From Zygnema circumcarinatum SAG 698-1b (taxonomy: Eukaryota > Plantae > Zygnematophyceae): a stretch of DNA of 64,000 nucleotides. The DNA lies in the NCBI GenBank assembly GCA_037447605.1, contig CM074817.1, positions 558,001-622,000 on the forward strand, read 5' to 3'. The notes below the pieces were generated by a model. It saw only the letters and a list, made by a program, of their open reading frames with translations, searched no databases and was not told the DNA's origin. Each line of letters starts with the position of its first letter. Position 1 is the stretch's first letter. A program made the position numbers and the translations under genes. Shown here one piece after another: positions 1 through 13,712 of the stretch.

Positions 1-274
1 ATGTCGCTCCACGTATTGCGCCCTTATACTTTGTAGACGCGCGCGCTTTGTACATTCAAATCACCATCCGTACACAGGACGAAAAAAGGTCTGTATTTAT
101 TCTACAAAAGTCTGAAACAGCATTTGTCGCTAAGAAATCCTTTGTAAAAGCTGCCCGGCGAAAAAGTGACTGTTTTCAGAAAATAGGTGACGGTAAATAG
201 TACTTTCCTAGAAAAAATGCTATGAGCGGATATCTACCGTATTTAACTACGCCAACCCTCACCCGAACTCGTAG

Positions 275-455
275 CCCTAACTCGAACCCTAACCCTAACC
301 CGAACCCTAACCCTAACCCTAACCCTAACCCGAACCCTAACCCTAACCCGAACCCTAACCCCAACCCGAACCCTAACCCTAACCCGAACCCTAACCCTAA
401 CCCGAACCCTAGATCTTAACCCTGCGCATGACCCTTAACCCTAACCCTAACCCAA
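275..455. repeat. Telomere-like hexamer array (CCCTAA interspersed with CCCGAA) upstream of the NFU gene
   Basis: More than 20 tandem AACCCT/AACCCG units at ~275-410, decaying to ~455-480. Confidence 0.9.
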
Positions 456-640
456 GCCTTACCTCTTAACCCTTAGCCTTGCCCTCAGCTCTAGCTGTCG
501 TGCCGTAGCCCCCCCAGTCCCCGCAGGAAAACGTGAACCCGCCGCTGCTCTCTCTCTCTCTCTGTCGCGTTTCAGATTTGAGCATTCCCTTTGTGGGACA
601 AGCCTCGACTCGTTGCCCTTCTGCGAGGCTTAAGGGACGG

Positions 641-673
<33 letters not shown>

Positions 674-702
674 AGGCAGGCGTAGGGAAGGAGCTTTCAC
701 TC

Positions 703-3266
703 ATGACGTCACGACTGCGGCTGCCGCGCATGGCCAGAGGCGTGCTGCGCTCGTGGCAGCTGTGTTGCAGGGAACCTCCTGCAAAGGCGGCTGTCGCGGC
801 TATGCATTCGATGCCGCCCCTCTCCAGTCGCATGGGCCCCTCAAAATTTGAATTTCATTCTCCTCTGCCTCTCTCCTATTCAGCACCCGGTCGCCGAGGT
901 CTCCACTTTCTCAGAGTGCCCGAAGTCAAAGTAGTTGTGGAGCACAGGCTCAACATCTGGAGTTTTCAGCTGACGTCTTCCTGCAATGATCCGAACAAGC
1001 AGATGACAGTTCAAGGATCTGTGAGCTATATAGCAACTTGAGGATGCTTACTCGTCGTCCCTTGCAGGTGCGTTGCAGAGCAGCGTCGGCAGATGTTCGT
1101 TCAAACGCAGAGCACGCCCAACCCTTCGAGCTTGATGTTTCTCCCCGGCCGCCCCGTGATGACGAAGGGCAGTGCTGACTTCGCTAATGCGCGCTCAGCT
1201 GCAGCTTCGCCCTTGGCACGAACGCTTTTTCGCATTGATGGTGAGGTTCACAGCCAACCGTTCCTTCTCCCCAGTTACAAGGAAGTGCTCAAGCACCACA
1301 ATTAGCCAGGAGTCGGAGAATGGTGTGTTGGCATGTAGCCGATGATGTTTTGGTCCCTTGCATATTTGCATTTGCTCATGGGGACATTACAGTCAGAGGC
1401 TGTCGACCTTTCTCATGAACTTTGAACTCCTTTTGGACCATACTCTTCGTCAGCCGCACGGGAGCGTCTTTTGTTTTGACTTGGCTTGGCGCGATTAGCA
1501 TAATCCCAATCGGCTCCGTAGGCCTAACTAGTTCTTAGCCTTTTTCAGGGTCAGTCTGGGGTTCATGCAAAACGAATAAAAGAGAGGGAAATTCTAGCAA
1601 AGAAATCATAAGAAACACCGAAAATCGACTGTCATCATCACCATACGCTGGAGCCATAATCGTAGGAGGAAATGGTCGTTCGACGATTTGCCTTAGTTTG
1701 CTATCAGCGTTTTTACTGTAAGCTGTGGTCCTGGTAGGTGAAAGGATATAGGAAAGCGTTAGTCGAAGCCAGCAGCAATTTTTACGTACGAAGCAAGTTG
1801 AGGGAGCCAGAGTATCGCGTCTAAATATGTTGCACGGCAATCGGGTGCAGGCGTGGTGCGCGTATTTTTTGGCTCTGATTTTGTGACTGTAACCAAGTCG
1901 GAAGGGGCCGACTGGGGTGTTCTCAAACCCGACATATTTGCTGCCATCATGGATTTCTACTCGTCGGGGCAACAGCTTATGATTGAAGTAGCTCCCTCTT
2001 CATTGGATACAGCTATTCAAGAGGTGTGAACCCAGCGTTTGCTTATGCCAGACAAGCGCCCGTCTAATCTTAGTCGACTCTAACTGATGACAGTCCTTGG
2101 GCAATGCTAATTATGCAGAAGCGAAGGTAGCGTACATATTTTGATACGCATTGTTGCAATGATAGATTTCACTGCAGAAGTCCGCATGCAATCCTAACAC
2201 TGATCGGATTCTTGTGTAATCAGGATGACGACGAAATAGTGGCCATGATAAAGGAACTGATAGAAACACGTATTCGTCCAGCAGTTCAAGATGACGGTGG
2301 CGACATTGAATTTGACAGCTTTGACCCGTGAGCATTTCCATTCTAAATGTTTATACATGGTCTCTCTTGTCAATCGGCGCCCCGCCCCTCCCCTTCCCCC
2401 GCACCCCTTTTTTATTCTTTTTCCGGCTTGCACCTTTCTTAAAACCAACTGATTGTTACAGCTTGTAAGAACTTAATCTGCCGAAACTTCACTGTGCAAG
2501 GTGAAAGTGCAAGATAAGTACACAAACTATAAGTAAAACCTTTGAATTATTCAACCACCATTTCTAGATGCCCAGAGAACCTTGGTCTGCCGTAGGTCGG
2601 AGCGTTGAGAGCTGCAAGTTTGGTCCTATCTCAAGGGTTAGGTCCCATCATGCTATGTGACGATGGTGGTGTTTTGGTGTTATTGCTTATTTACACCAAA
2701 GTCACACTTTGTTGGGCACTTGCTGCCTCCTTTTCAACGGGGGATCAGGGAAATAGGAATTGTCACGCTAAGGATGCAAGGAGCATGTAAGGGATGCCCA
2801 AGTTCTGCCATCACATTGAAGAGCGGCATTGAGAACATGCTCATGCATTACGTTCCGGAGGTGAGCGCACCACCCGGTTTCCTCCGTCGAAGAGTATTTC
2901 AATACATTTCAGTTTAGTCTGCTCATTCCTTTTCATCTGGAATCCTTTTGAAGGGTCGGAAAAGGATTGCTGAGTTCTGTTCAACAGTGTTAGTGTCTGC
3001 TGCTCTTGGCTTATGCTGACGGAGAAGTATGCAAACAGAGGCAGATTAAGCCGAATAAGTTTTAGGGAGTTACGGGGCCTGTGGAATTGAACATAGTGGT
3101 CTTGGAATAATGGTCCGACGATGACGCCTTACAGTATGGGAATGGTTTCGAGCAGGTGAAGGGCGTTAGAGAAGCTCCAGATGAAGGTGAAGATGAAGAT
3201 GAAGAAGGCCACACCGATGCGGAGTTTGACAATGGCGAAATCAACACCAATTTGGGGAAAATTTGA
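703..3266 (+). CDS. NFU4: Mitochondrial NifU-like (NFU1/NFU4-type) iron-sulfur cluster scaffold protein, multi-exon
   Basis: Exons read: transit-peptide-like [13 protein letters not shown] (703-); [19 protein letters not shown]...LFRIDG (~1068-1240); [15 protein letters not shown]...[13 protein letters not shown] (~1851-2023); [30 protein letters not shown] (~2224-2327); [35 protein letters not shown] with the CxxC motif (~2749-2859); acidic last exon ending TGA at 3264-3266. GT-AG boundaries. Confidence 0.93.
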
Positions 3267-4098
3267 ACCACTCTCGTTTGGAAAAAGCATCCCAAATTGC
3301 TGACAAGTGCAATATTCTCTCCTAGACCTTCCTCTTAGTCAGCAATGTATGTCCAATAACTTTTTCAAATTTTGACAAACCACACGTTTTCTTATTGACC
3401 TGTTCTTTTCGATTTTCGAGTTGCGTGCATTCCCAAGTGTGGCCAATGTCAAAATGTACATAGCATGAAGTGTTTAGTCATTGCGTGTGAGCGGGTCCCC
3501 TTGATGTAGTGGACATAATACGTTCATAGCTACTTGGTCGATCCCTAATCCAAGCATGAGATATTGTTGGCCAGAGGTATACCTGCGAGCAGCTGAGGTT
3601 AAACATTTTATTTTGTTCAAACTCCTTGGGCCTTAAGTGGATGAAATTCAGTGTTTTCTATTGGTTAAAGTTTTGGGGTTATGGGGGCTTTCTGGACTTT
3701 CTTTTATGGTTTTGTATGTTTCTAATAGGTTACTAATGTTTTCGAAAGGCATGTTTCAGTGTTTATAGGGTTGTGAGGAGTTTCTGTGGGTGTGCAAGAG
3801 TGGCAAGGTTTAAAGAGCTCCAGAAATTCAAGATATTGAAGATCTATTGGATTTTGTGGTTTTAAAATTTCTTGATTTCTTTAGGTGTTCTGTGTTTTAC
3901 AGAGATCTTCGTCCCCATTTAGTGTATGTAGGACATTGAGCATCTTAGGAGTTTTAGGGCTGTCGGCTATTTATCGAGCTGGTTTTGAAGGGTGTTTGCT
4001 GCTGCTATTGGACGAGTTGTTGGAATTGTGGCTCTTTCGGTGGGTCTATTTTCAAACTTGTACTTTATCATTCAAATAAAAAAATTATGTTTTTTTAG

Positions 4099-4494
4099 CC
4101 TTTCTTCTTCTCGCATGTTGTGTCCGGTCTTCTCATCGTAATGGTGAATGTGTACTGTTTGTGCAACGTCTTCTTGGGATGGCTGCTTCAAAGTGGCCTT
4201 GCCCTTGTGAGTTAAGTGGGCATGGGCGTGTTCATTGCCTCAGGTGTCCTGCTTTACGTAGGAGGAATTATTTATTTGGCAATCAGGAAGGACGCGGAAG
4301 TCACTTTTTCACCACCTTATGATCAACCAGGAGACAACAGTCCAACAGATTTTGACATTGAAGTTTCAGAAGGGTTTGAAGAGTATGTTCCTAACCACAA
4401 TCATCCAGCTCAGCAAGAGCTCAAAGTCATTTTTGCAAGGGAACGTTATATGTCCAAGATATCAAGACATTGCAAGTCTGATGATGCAAAATAG
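4099..4494 (+). pseudogene. NRAMP: Orphan 3' fragment of a plant NRAMP1/5/6-type metal transporter with an in-frame stop
   Basis: Frame from 4099 reads SHVVSGLLIVMVNVYCLCNVFLGWLLQSGLALVS*VGMGVFIASGVLLYVGGIIYLAIRKDAEVTF. This matches the last two TM helices of plant NRAMPs as I recall them (e.g. GLLIIGINMYFL...GWLIH...YLTIRKDSVVTF). TAA at 4213-4215. No upstream NRAMP exons recognised. Confidence 0.72.
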
Positions 4495-4625
4495 TCATAG
4501 CAAAACACATCAAGAATGCCAACCAGCTTCGCCGTGAGTTGCAGGCATGTAATGTGGCATGTTTAAGAAATGTTTATTATGCAATACATACGAGATTTTT
4601 AAAACCCTAAAAAACCTAAAAACCC

Positions 4626-4709
4626 TCGTGGCTCATGCTCGAGGCTCGTGGCTCGTGGCACGTGGCTCGTGGCATGTGGCTCGTAGCTCGAGGCTCGTGG
4701 CTCGTGGCT
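4626..4709. repeat. Subtelomeric heptamer tandem repeat (TCGTGGC)n, ~12 units
   Basis: ctcgtggctcatgctcgaggctcgtggctcgtggcacgtggctcgtggcatgtggc... lies between a short C-rich telomeric tract (4597-4626) and the G-rich array. Confidence 0.9.
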
Positions 4710-4712
4710 TAT

Positions 4713-6354
4713 GGGTTTTTAGGGTTTTTAGGGTTTTTAGGGTTTTTAGGGTTTTTAGGGTTTTTTAGGGTTTTTTAGGGTTTTTTAGGGTTTTTTAGGG
4801 TTTTTTAGGGTTTTTTAGGGTTTTTAGGGTTTTTAGGGTTTTTTAGGGTTTTAGGGTTTTAGGGTTTTAGGGTTTTAGGGTTTTAGGGTTTTAGGGTTTT
4901 TAGGGTTTTAGGGTTTTTAGGGTTTTAGGGTTTTAGGGTTTTAGGGTTTTAGGGTTTTAGGGTTTTAGGGTTTTAGGGTTTTTAGGGTTTTTAGGGTTTT
5001 TAGGGTTTTAGGGTTTTTAGGGTTTTAGGGTTTTTAGGGTTTTAGGGTTTTTAGGGTTTTAGGGTTTTAGGGTTTTTAGGGTTTTAGGGTTTTAGGGTTT
5101 TTAGGGTTTTAGGGTTTTAGGGTTTTTACCCCAGGGTTTTAGGGTTTTAGGGTTTTAGGGTTTTTAGGGTTTTAGGGTTTTAGGGTTTTTAGGGTTTTAG
5201 GGTTTTTAGGGTTTTAGGGTTTTAGGGTTTTAGGGTTTTAGGGTTTTAGGGTTTTAGGGTTTTAGGGTTTTAGGGTTTTTAGGGTTTTAGGGTTTTTAGG
5301 GTTTTTAGGTTTTAGGGTTTTAGGGTTTTAGGGTTTTAGGGTTTTAGGGTTTTAGGGTTTTAGGGTTTTAGGGTTTTAGGGTTTTAGGGTTTTAGGGTTT
5401 TAGGGTTTTAGGGTTTTAGGGTTTTTAGGGTTTTTAGGGTTTTTAGGGTTTTAGGGTTTTAGGGTTTTAGGGTTTTAGGGTTTTTAGGGTTTTAGGGTTT
5501 TAGGGTTTTTAGGGTTTTAGGGTTTTTAGGGTTTTAGGGTTTTAGGGTTTTTAGGGTTTTTAGGGTTTTAGGGTTTTTAGGGTTTTAGGGTTTTAGGGTT
5601 TTAGGGTTTTAGGGTTTTAGGGTTTTTAGGTTTTTTTAGGGTTTTAGGGTTTTTAGGGTTTTAGGGTTTTAGGGTTTTTAGGGTTTTTAGGGTTTTAAGT
5701 TTTAGGGTTTTAGGGTTTTAGGGTTTTAGGGTTTTAGAGGTTTTAGGGTTTTAGGGTTTTTAGGGTTTTAGGGTTTTAGGGTTTTAGGGTTTTAGGGTTT
5801 TAGGGTTTTAGGGTTTTAGGGTTTTAGGGTTTTAGGGTTTTAAGCACACACCTTAGGGTTTTAGGGTTTTAGGGTTTTAGGGTTTTAGGGTTTTAGGGTT
5901 TTAGGGTTTTAGGGTTTTGCCCAGGGTTTTAGGGTTTTAGTTTTAGGGTTTTAGGGTTTTTAGGGTTTTTAGGGTTTTTAGGGTTTTTTAGGGTTTTAGG
6001 GTTTTAGGGTTTTAGGGTTTTAGGGTTTTAGGGTTTTAGGGTTTTAGGGTTTTAGGGTTTTAGGGTTTTAGGGTTTTTAGGGTTTTAGGGTTTTAGGGTT
6101 TTTAGGGTTTTAGGGTTTTAGGGTTTTAGGGTTTTAGGGTTTTAGAGGTTTTAGGGTTTTAGGGTTTTAGGGTTTTTAGGGTTTTAGGGTTTTAGGGTTT
6201 TAGGGTTTTAGGGTTTTTAGGGTTTTAGGGTTTTTAGGGTTTTTACTGGGTTTTTAGGGTTTTAGGGTTTTTAGGGTTTTAGGGTTTTAGGGTTTTTAGG
6301 GTTTTAGGGTTTTTAGGGTTTTAGGGTTTTAGGGTTTTTAGGGTTTTAGGGTTT
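4713..6354 (+). repeat. Telomeric array (TTTTAGGG)n with T5/T6 variants, G-rich on the + strand
   Basis: ~1.64 kb of continuous T4-6AGGG repeats running into the N gap. The proximal units are T5-6AGGG variants. Confidence 0.98.
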
Positions 6355-6454
6355 NNNNNNNNNNNNNNNNNNNNNNNNNNNNNNNNNNNNNNNNNNNNNN
6401 NNNNNNNNNNNNNNNNNNNNNNNNNNNNNNNNNNNNNNNNNNNNNNNNNNNNNN
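6355..6454. other. Assembly gap (exactly 100 N, scaffolding placeholder)
   Basis: Run of 100 N directly after the telomere array. Confidence 0.99.
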
Positions 6455-7529
6455 TGAAAAAAAAACCCTTGCTAAACCTAAAACCCTTGAAATCTTAAAA
6501 ACCCTGTTTGCTTTTCACGCTCTGCGGTGCCCGAGGCATGAGACAGCGCTTCGTACATTTCCGAACACATCCGTATAAATTTGTACCGTCCGTACAGTGC
6601 CAGGTGGCGCGCCTGCGGCGCGACTGCGGACTTGTTGTACTTCCAGGAGTTCTCAAGCTGGCAGCCGCTCCCGGGGGCTTTTCCGGGGCTGCGGGACTCG
6701 GCTCGGTATACTGTAGCCGCCGCGGCTGCTGGCTTGTACCAGTAGATTCGAAAGCTCAGTGGCAGGATGCAGCAATGTTTTCCTAGTTAGTGTGGTTAAA
6801 ATAGTTAGTTAAATTTCTGAAAGTTTCTTGTGTACATAGAAACAGTAGATGGCAATGGATTACATTGATAAAGTCACAACAAACCGAGATGACTTTATCG
6901 ATATTCCATACAATTTTTTGGGCAGGTCGTGACTTCAGTCACTTGTTATTCAACACAACATAAATTACATCAAAAATAAGTTCGACAATTTGCGATCTCA
7001 TAAATGCCATAAATGACCCGACCTTAATGTCTTGTTCTTTTTTTTTTTTGAATTACCCACAAACCCTAAACCTCACCTTAATACCTAAAAAAAAGCTTAA
7101 GCCCCAAAAGCCCTTTCTAGAAGCATGACTAAACTCGCATGTGATTTGTGCGATCTGACGGTCAACAGTACTCGAAATGAATCGAATCGGACGGTTCACA
7201 ATGGCGGAAAACGTCTCCACAACGGCGGCGGCGACGTCTTTTCTGCGTTCAAAAGAGAGGCTGAACTTCAATAAAAAGGGTCTAGGAAAAAGCAAAAACA
7301 AATAAAAAAAATAAGCATTTAAGGAACCCGCCTTATCACTTCGTAGTATTATAAAAAAATTTGAAGGTGAACATGTTTTATCGGTTTACGTTATTTTTTA
7401 TTTTTTTTTTTTTTTAACAAGGGAGCTCTTTCGCACTCACGGAGAATCGGAATCGGGTTGGGGGTGACGGGACACGACGCGTCCTTGGCGACAAATGAGG
7501 CGGAAAATCTGCTTGTCAGACACGGGCCT

Positions 7530-8160
7530 GCCACAGAGAGAGGGGGGGGAAAGGTGAGAGAGGGGGGTGAGAGAGAGACAGCGAGAGGGAGAGAGACAGA
7601 GAAAAGGGGGGAGAGAGAGAGGGGGAGAGAGAGTGGGAGGGTGAGGGGGAGAGAGAGACGAGGAGAGAGAGAGGGAGAGAGAAGGGGGAAGAAAGGGAGA
7701 GAGAGGGGGGGAGGGAGAGGGGGGGAGAGAGAGGGGGAGAGAGAGAGGGTGAGAGAGGGGGGAGAGAGAGGCGGGGAGAGAGAGAGGGGGAGAGAGAGAC
7801 AGGACAGACAAAGGCAGAGAGTAGGGGGGAAAGAGAGGGGAGAGAGAGAAGGGGGAGAGAGAGAGGGAGAGAGAGAGAGAAGTGGAGAGAGCGAGGGGGG
7901 AGAGAGAGGAAGGGAGAGAGAGGCGGGGGGAGAGAGAGGGGGAGACAGAGGGAGAGAGACAGAGAAGGGGGGAGACAGAGGGGGGGAGACAGAGAGGGAG
8001 AGAGAGAAAGAGCGAGAAAGGGGGAGAGGGAGGGAGAGAGCGAGGTGAGGAGAGAAGAGAGGGAGGGAGGGAGGGAGAGGGGGGCGAGAGAGAGTGGGGG
8101 GAGAAAGAGGAGGTGCAGAGAGAGAGAGGAAAAGAGAGAGGGATAGAGAGTGAGAGGTGG
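7530..8160. repeat. GA-rich polypurine low-complexity tract (probably intronic)
   Basis: ~630 bp composed almost entirely of G and A. It generates the spurious E/R/G-rich and L/S/P-rich ORFs. Confidence 0.95.
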
Positions 8161-8202
8161 GTCAAGGAAAGTCCTCCCACATTGGGCACACCCACATCCC
8201 AT

Positions 8203-8574
8203 TCATGAACCGACTGTACGCCCGTGCCATTCAGCATCACCATAATCATTACGTGCAGTCTGCATCCCTTCAAAACGCAGAGGCTTACTCTTCTTCGGAA
8301 CGCAAATGGACCCCTTATTGTCGATGATGATCTTGATCGCCGCGTCTGTGCATTGAACGCCGTTGAGCGACTTGTAGGTCTGCTTCGCCGTGAAGCACTT
8401 GGCGAGGGAGCAGCACGACGCGCCGGAGGGGACCTTGAAGGGGGAGCCCAAGCAGCCCTTGCTGGCTTTAGGCTGCACCTGCCCGGAGGGGCGGGCAGCC
8501 ACGGCGGGCAGAAGGAAAAAGAGCGCGAGAAGAGAGAAAGGGAGGAGAAAAAATGCCTTTGTGAGGTCCGCCAT
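8203..8574 (-). CDS. Putative small secreted cysteine-rich protein (exon 1 probably 8574-8291; 3' end uncertain)
   Basis: Good start context (ctcgccATGG). Hydrophobic signal peptide MADLTKAFFLLPFSLLALFFLLPAVAA, then C-x12-CC-x4-C-x14-C-x15-C. Codon usage is GC3-rich, and a likely donor A|GTAAG occurs at ~8290. Confidence 0.65.
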   Translation of the reverse strand: MADLTKAFFLLPFSLLALFFLLPAVAARPSGQVQPKASKGCLGSPFKVPSGASCCSLAKCFTAKQTYKSLNGVQCTDAAIKIIIDNKGSICVPKKSKPLRFEGMQTARNDYGDAEWHGRTVGS

Positions 8575-10445
8575 GGCGAGGTTAAGGGTTTATGGGCTTG
8601 GAAGGGAAGTGGAGAGAGGGACAAAGGGAAGTATGGAGAGGGAGAGGGAGAGGGAGCGGGAGGGAGGGAGATTTCGGACGACGCAGCGCGCCGAATTGAG
8701 GGCCGGGGCCGCCGACAAAACGGCTGTACACGGCATCTCACTTTTTGGTCCTATGGGTCTGTACGAAATAATGTGTACGGCCATGAAATATCGGGAACTT
8801 TACAGTTAACTGCATTTGTGCATGGATCGGCGGGCGGTGATTGGTTCGGCAATGGCGGGAATGGACATGTGCGGGCGGTTTGGATTTTTTGGAAGTTGCT
8901 CCGTTGCTTCCATCTTTGAAGTCGCTCGTGATTCGCAGACATGTTTATGTTGATGTTCATGCTCATGTTTATTGTTCATGATATTTTCATGCTAATGTTT
9001 TACGATTTGTTTATTGTTTGTGTATGCTTCTGCTTATGCTTATGTTTTTTTAACTGCGGGAATTAAGCCGGGTGCAGCCGCCGCCGGGATCCTCCGAGTG
9101 TTCCTAAGCAACATTCGGAGGATGTTTTTAGGGTTTTTAAAAACCCTAAAAGCCCTTATTGTGTTTCGGTCCTTTGTGACCAGTCCTTTGTGGTTCCACA
9201 TTTTGCCTTTGTCCATGTACATTTGATGGCCTCGCCATCGCGAGTTCAATGAAACTTTTCCTTCTTTGGGTGGCGTATTGGGTTGAGGTGCATGCGATAA
9301 CAGCAAAGTCTATTGACCGTAAGTTCTAGCTACAGCTCGTACGGCTAGTACGGATAGTACCGTATCTGGGCGTTTCGTATCGTATCGTATCGTATCGAAT
9401 CCAAGAAGAAGGGGAGAAGAGCGAGCTCCTCTTACGGCGGCACGTGCGGGGAGATTAGGTGACTTTTGCGTAAGCCCGTAACGGCTAGTACAGCTAGTAC
9501 GGAGAGTACGGCTAGTACGAACAGTACGGATAGTACGGGTAACACAGAGTTACCGTACAAAAAGGTGGTTTCGGCAAAATCGGGGCGAGTTTTTTGGGGA
9601 CGCAATGTACAGGGTGGAAAATATGAGGACTGTTGACTGTACTGTACGTACGTACGTACGTTCGCGCGCAGCGGCGGGGCACACCGCCACCGACACCGGC
9701 GGGACCGGCCCCGACCTGGCTCTGGCCGGTGCTAAACCCTCGCGCTTTTGGCGTACTGGCGCGTCCGACGGCACATGAGCAGCAAGGAGTGAAAACCATA
9801 AAAACCCTACAATGGCAACACCTTACCTTTTTGCCAAGTCCCCGGTCTTTCAAGTTCCTGGAGTATTTAAGCGGTCATTACAAGCTTTTTTTGGTGTTTT
9901 AAAGGGTTTTCTAAGTAGAATTCCCTGTCACAGTCATCTCAGAATGTGCAGTCCACGAAGAAACGCTTCGAAGCCTTTGAAACAAATGAAATAGTTGGAT
10001 ATATCCTCGTTCAGGGATCAAAAGCATTCCCAACTTTTGGCGAAGCTCGAGGATTGTCCTTGTGCTTGAAAAGCATCAAACACTGTGGGGACTGCTACAA
10101 TATCACAGCCCCGCATGGCGAAAGAGCGGCAGTCTCCCAGTACTCCCCTTCCTGCCGGGGGTCGATGAAAATGTTTGACAGGTCCTCCAGCCTGGCAGAT
10201 GTGAGACTCAGGAACCAGAATGGACAAGAAGGCCCTTGTGGCGAACACAGGTCTCTGCAGCTCTAAAATGGGTAAAGTACAGATCCTTGAAGACGTTCTG
10301 TGTTTGCTCTTACAGTTCGCCTGAGGCTTACAAAATCTTTCGATTCAATTAATACGGTGGACATGACACAAAAATGAGTCCCATGGGCCCGTTTCTAAAA
10401 ATAGGATTACCATGTGCGATTGACCTCACTACTCGGACTGAACCT

Positions 10446-13712
<3,267 letters not shown>

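Noticed and set aside
2084-2195. Intronic C/D-box snoRNA in the NFU gene (TGATGA...CTGA)
   Set aside because: No terminal stem, and no rRNA-complementary guide that I could recognise.
8174-8185. USE-like TCCCACATTG (snRNA promoter)
   Set aside because: One mismatch to consensus, no correctly spaced TATA box and no recognisable snRNA downstream.
7437-8208. Long ORFs (434, 228, 196 aa) rich in L/S/P or E/R/G
   Set aside because: They are translations of the GA/CT low-complexity tract.
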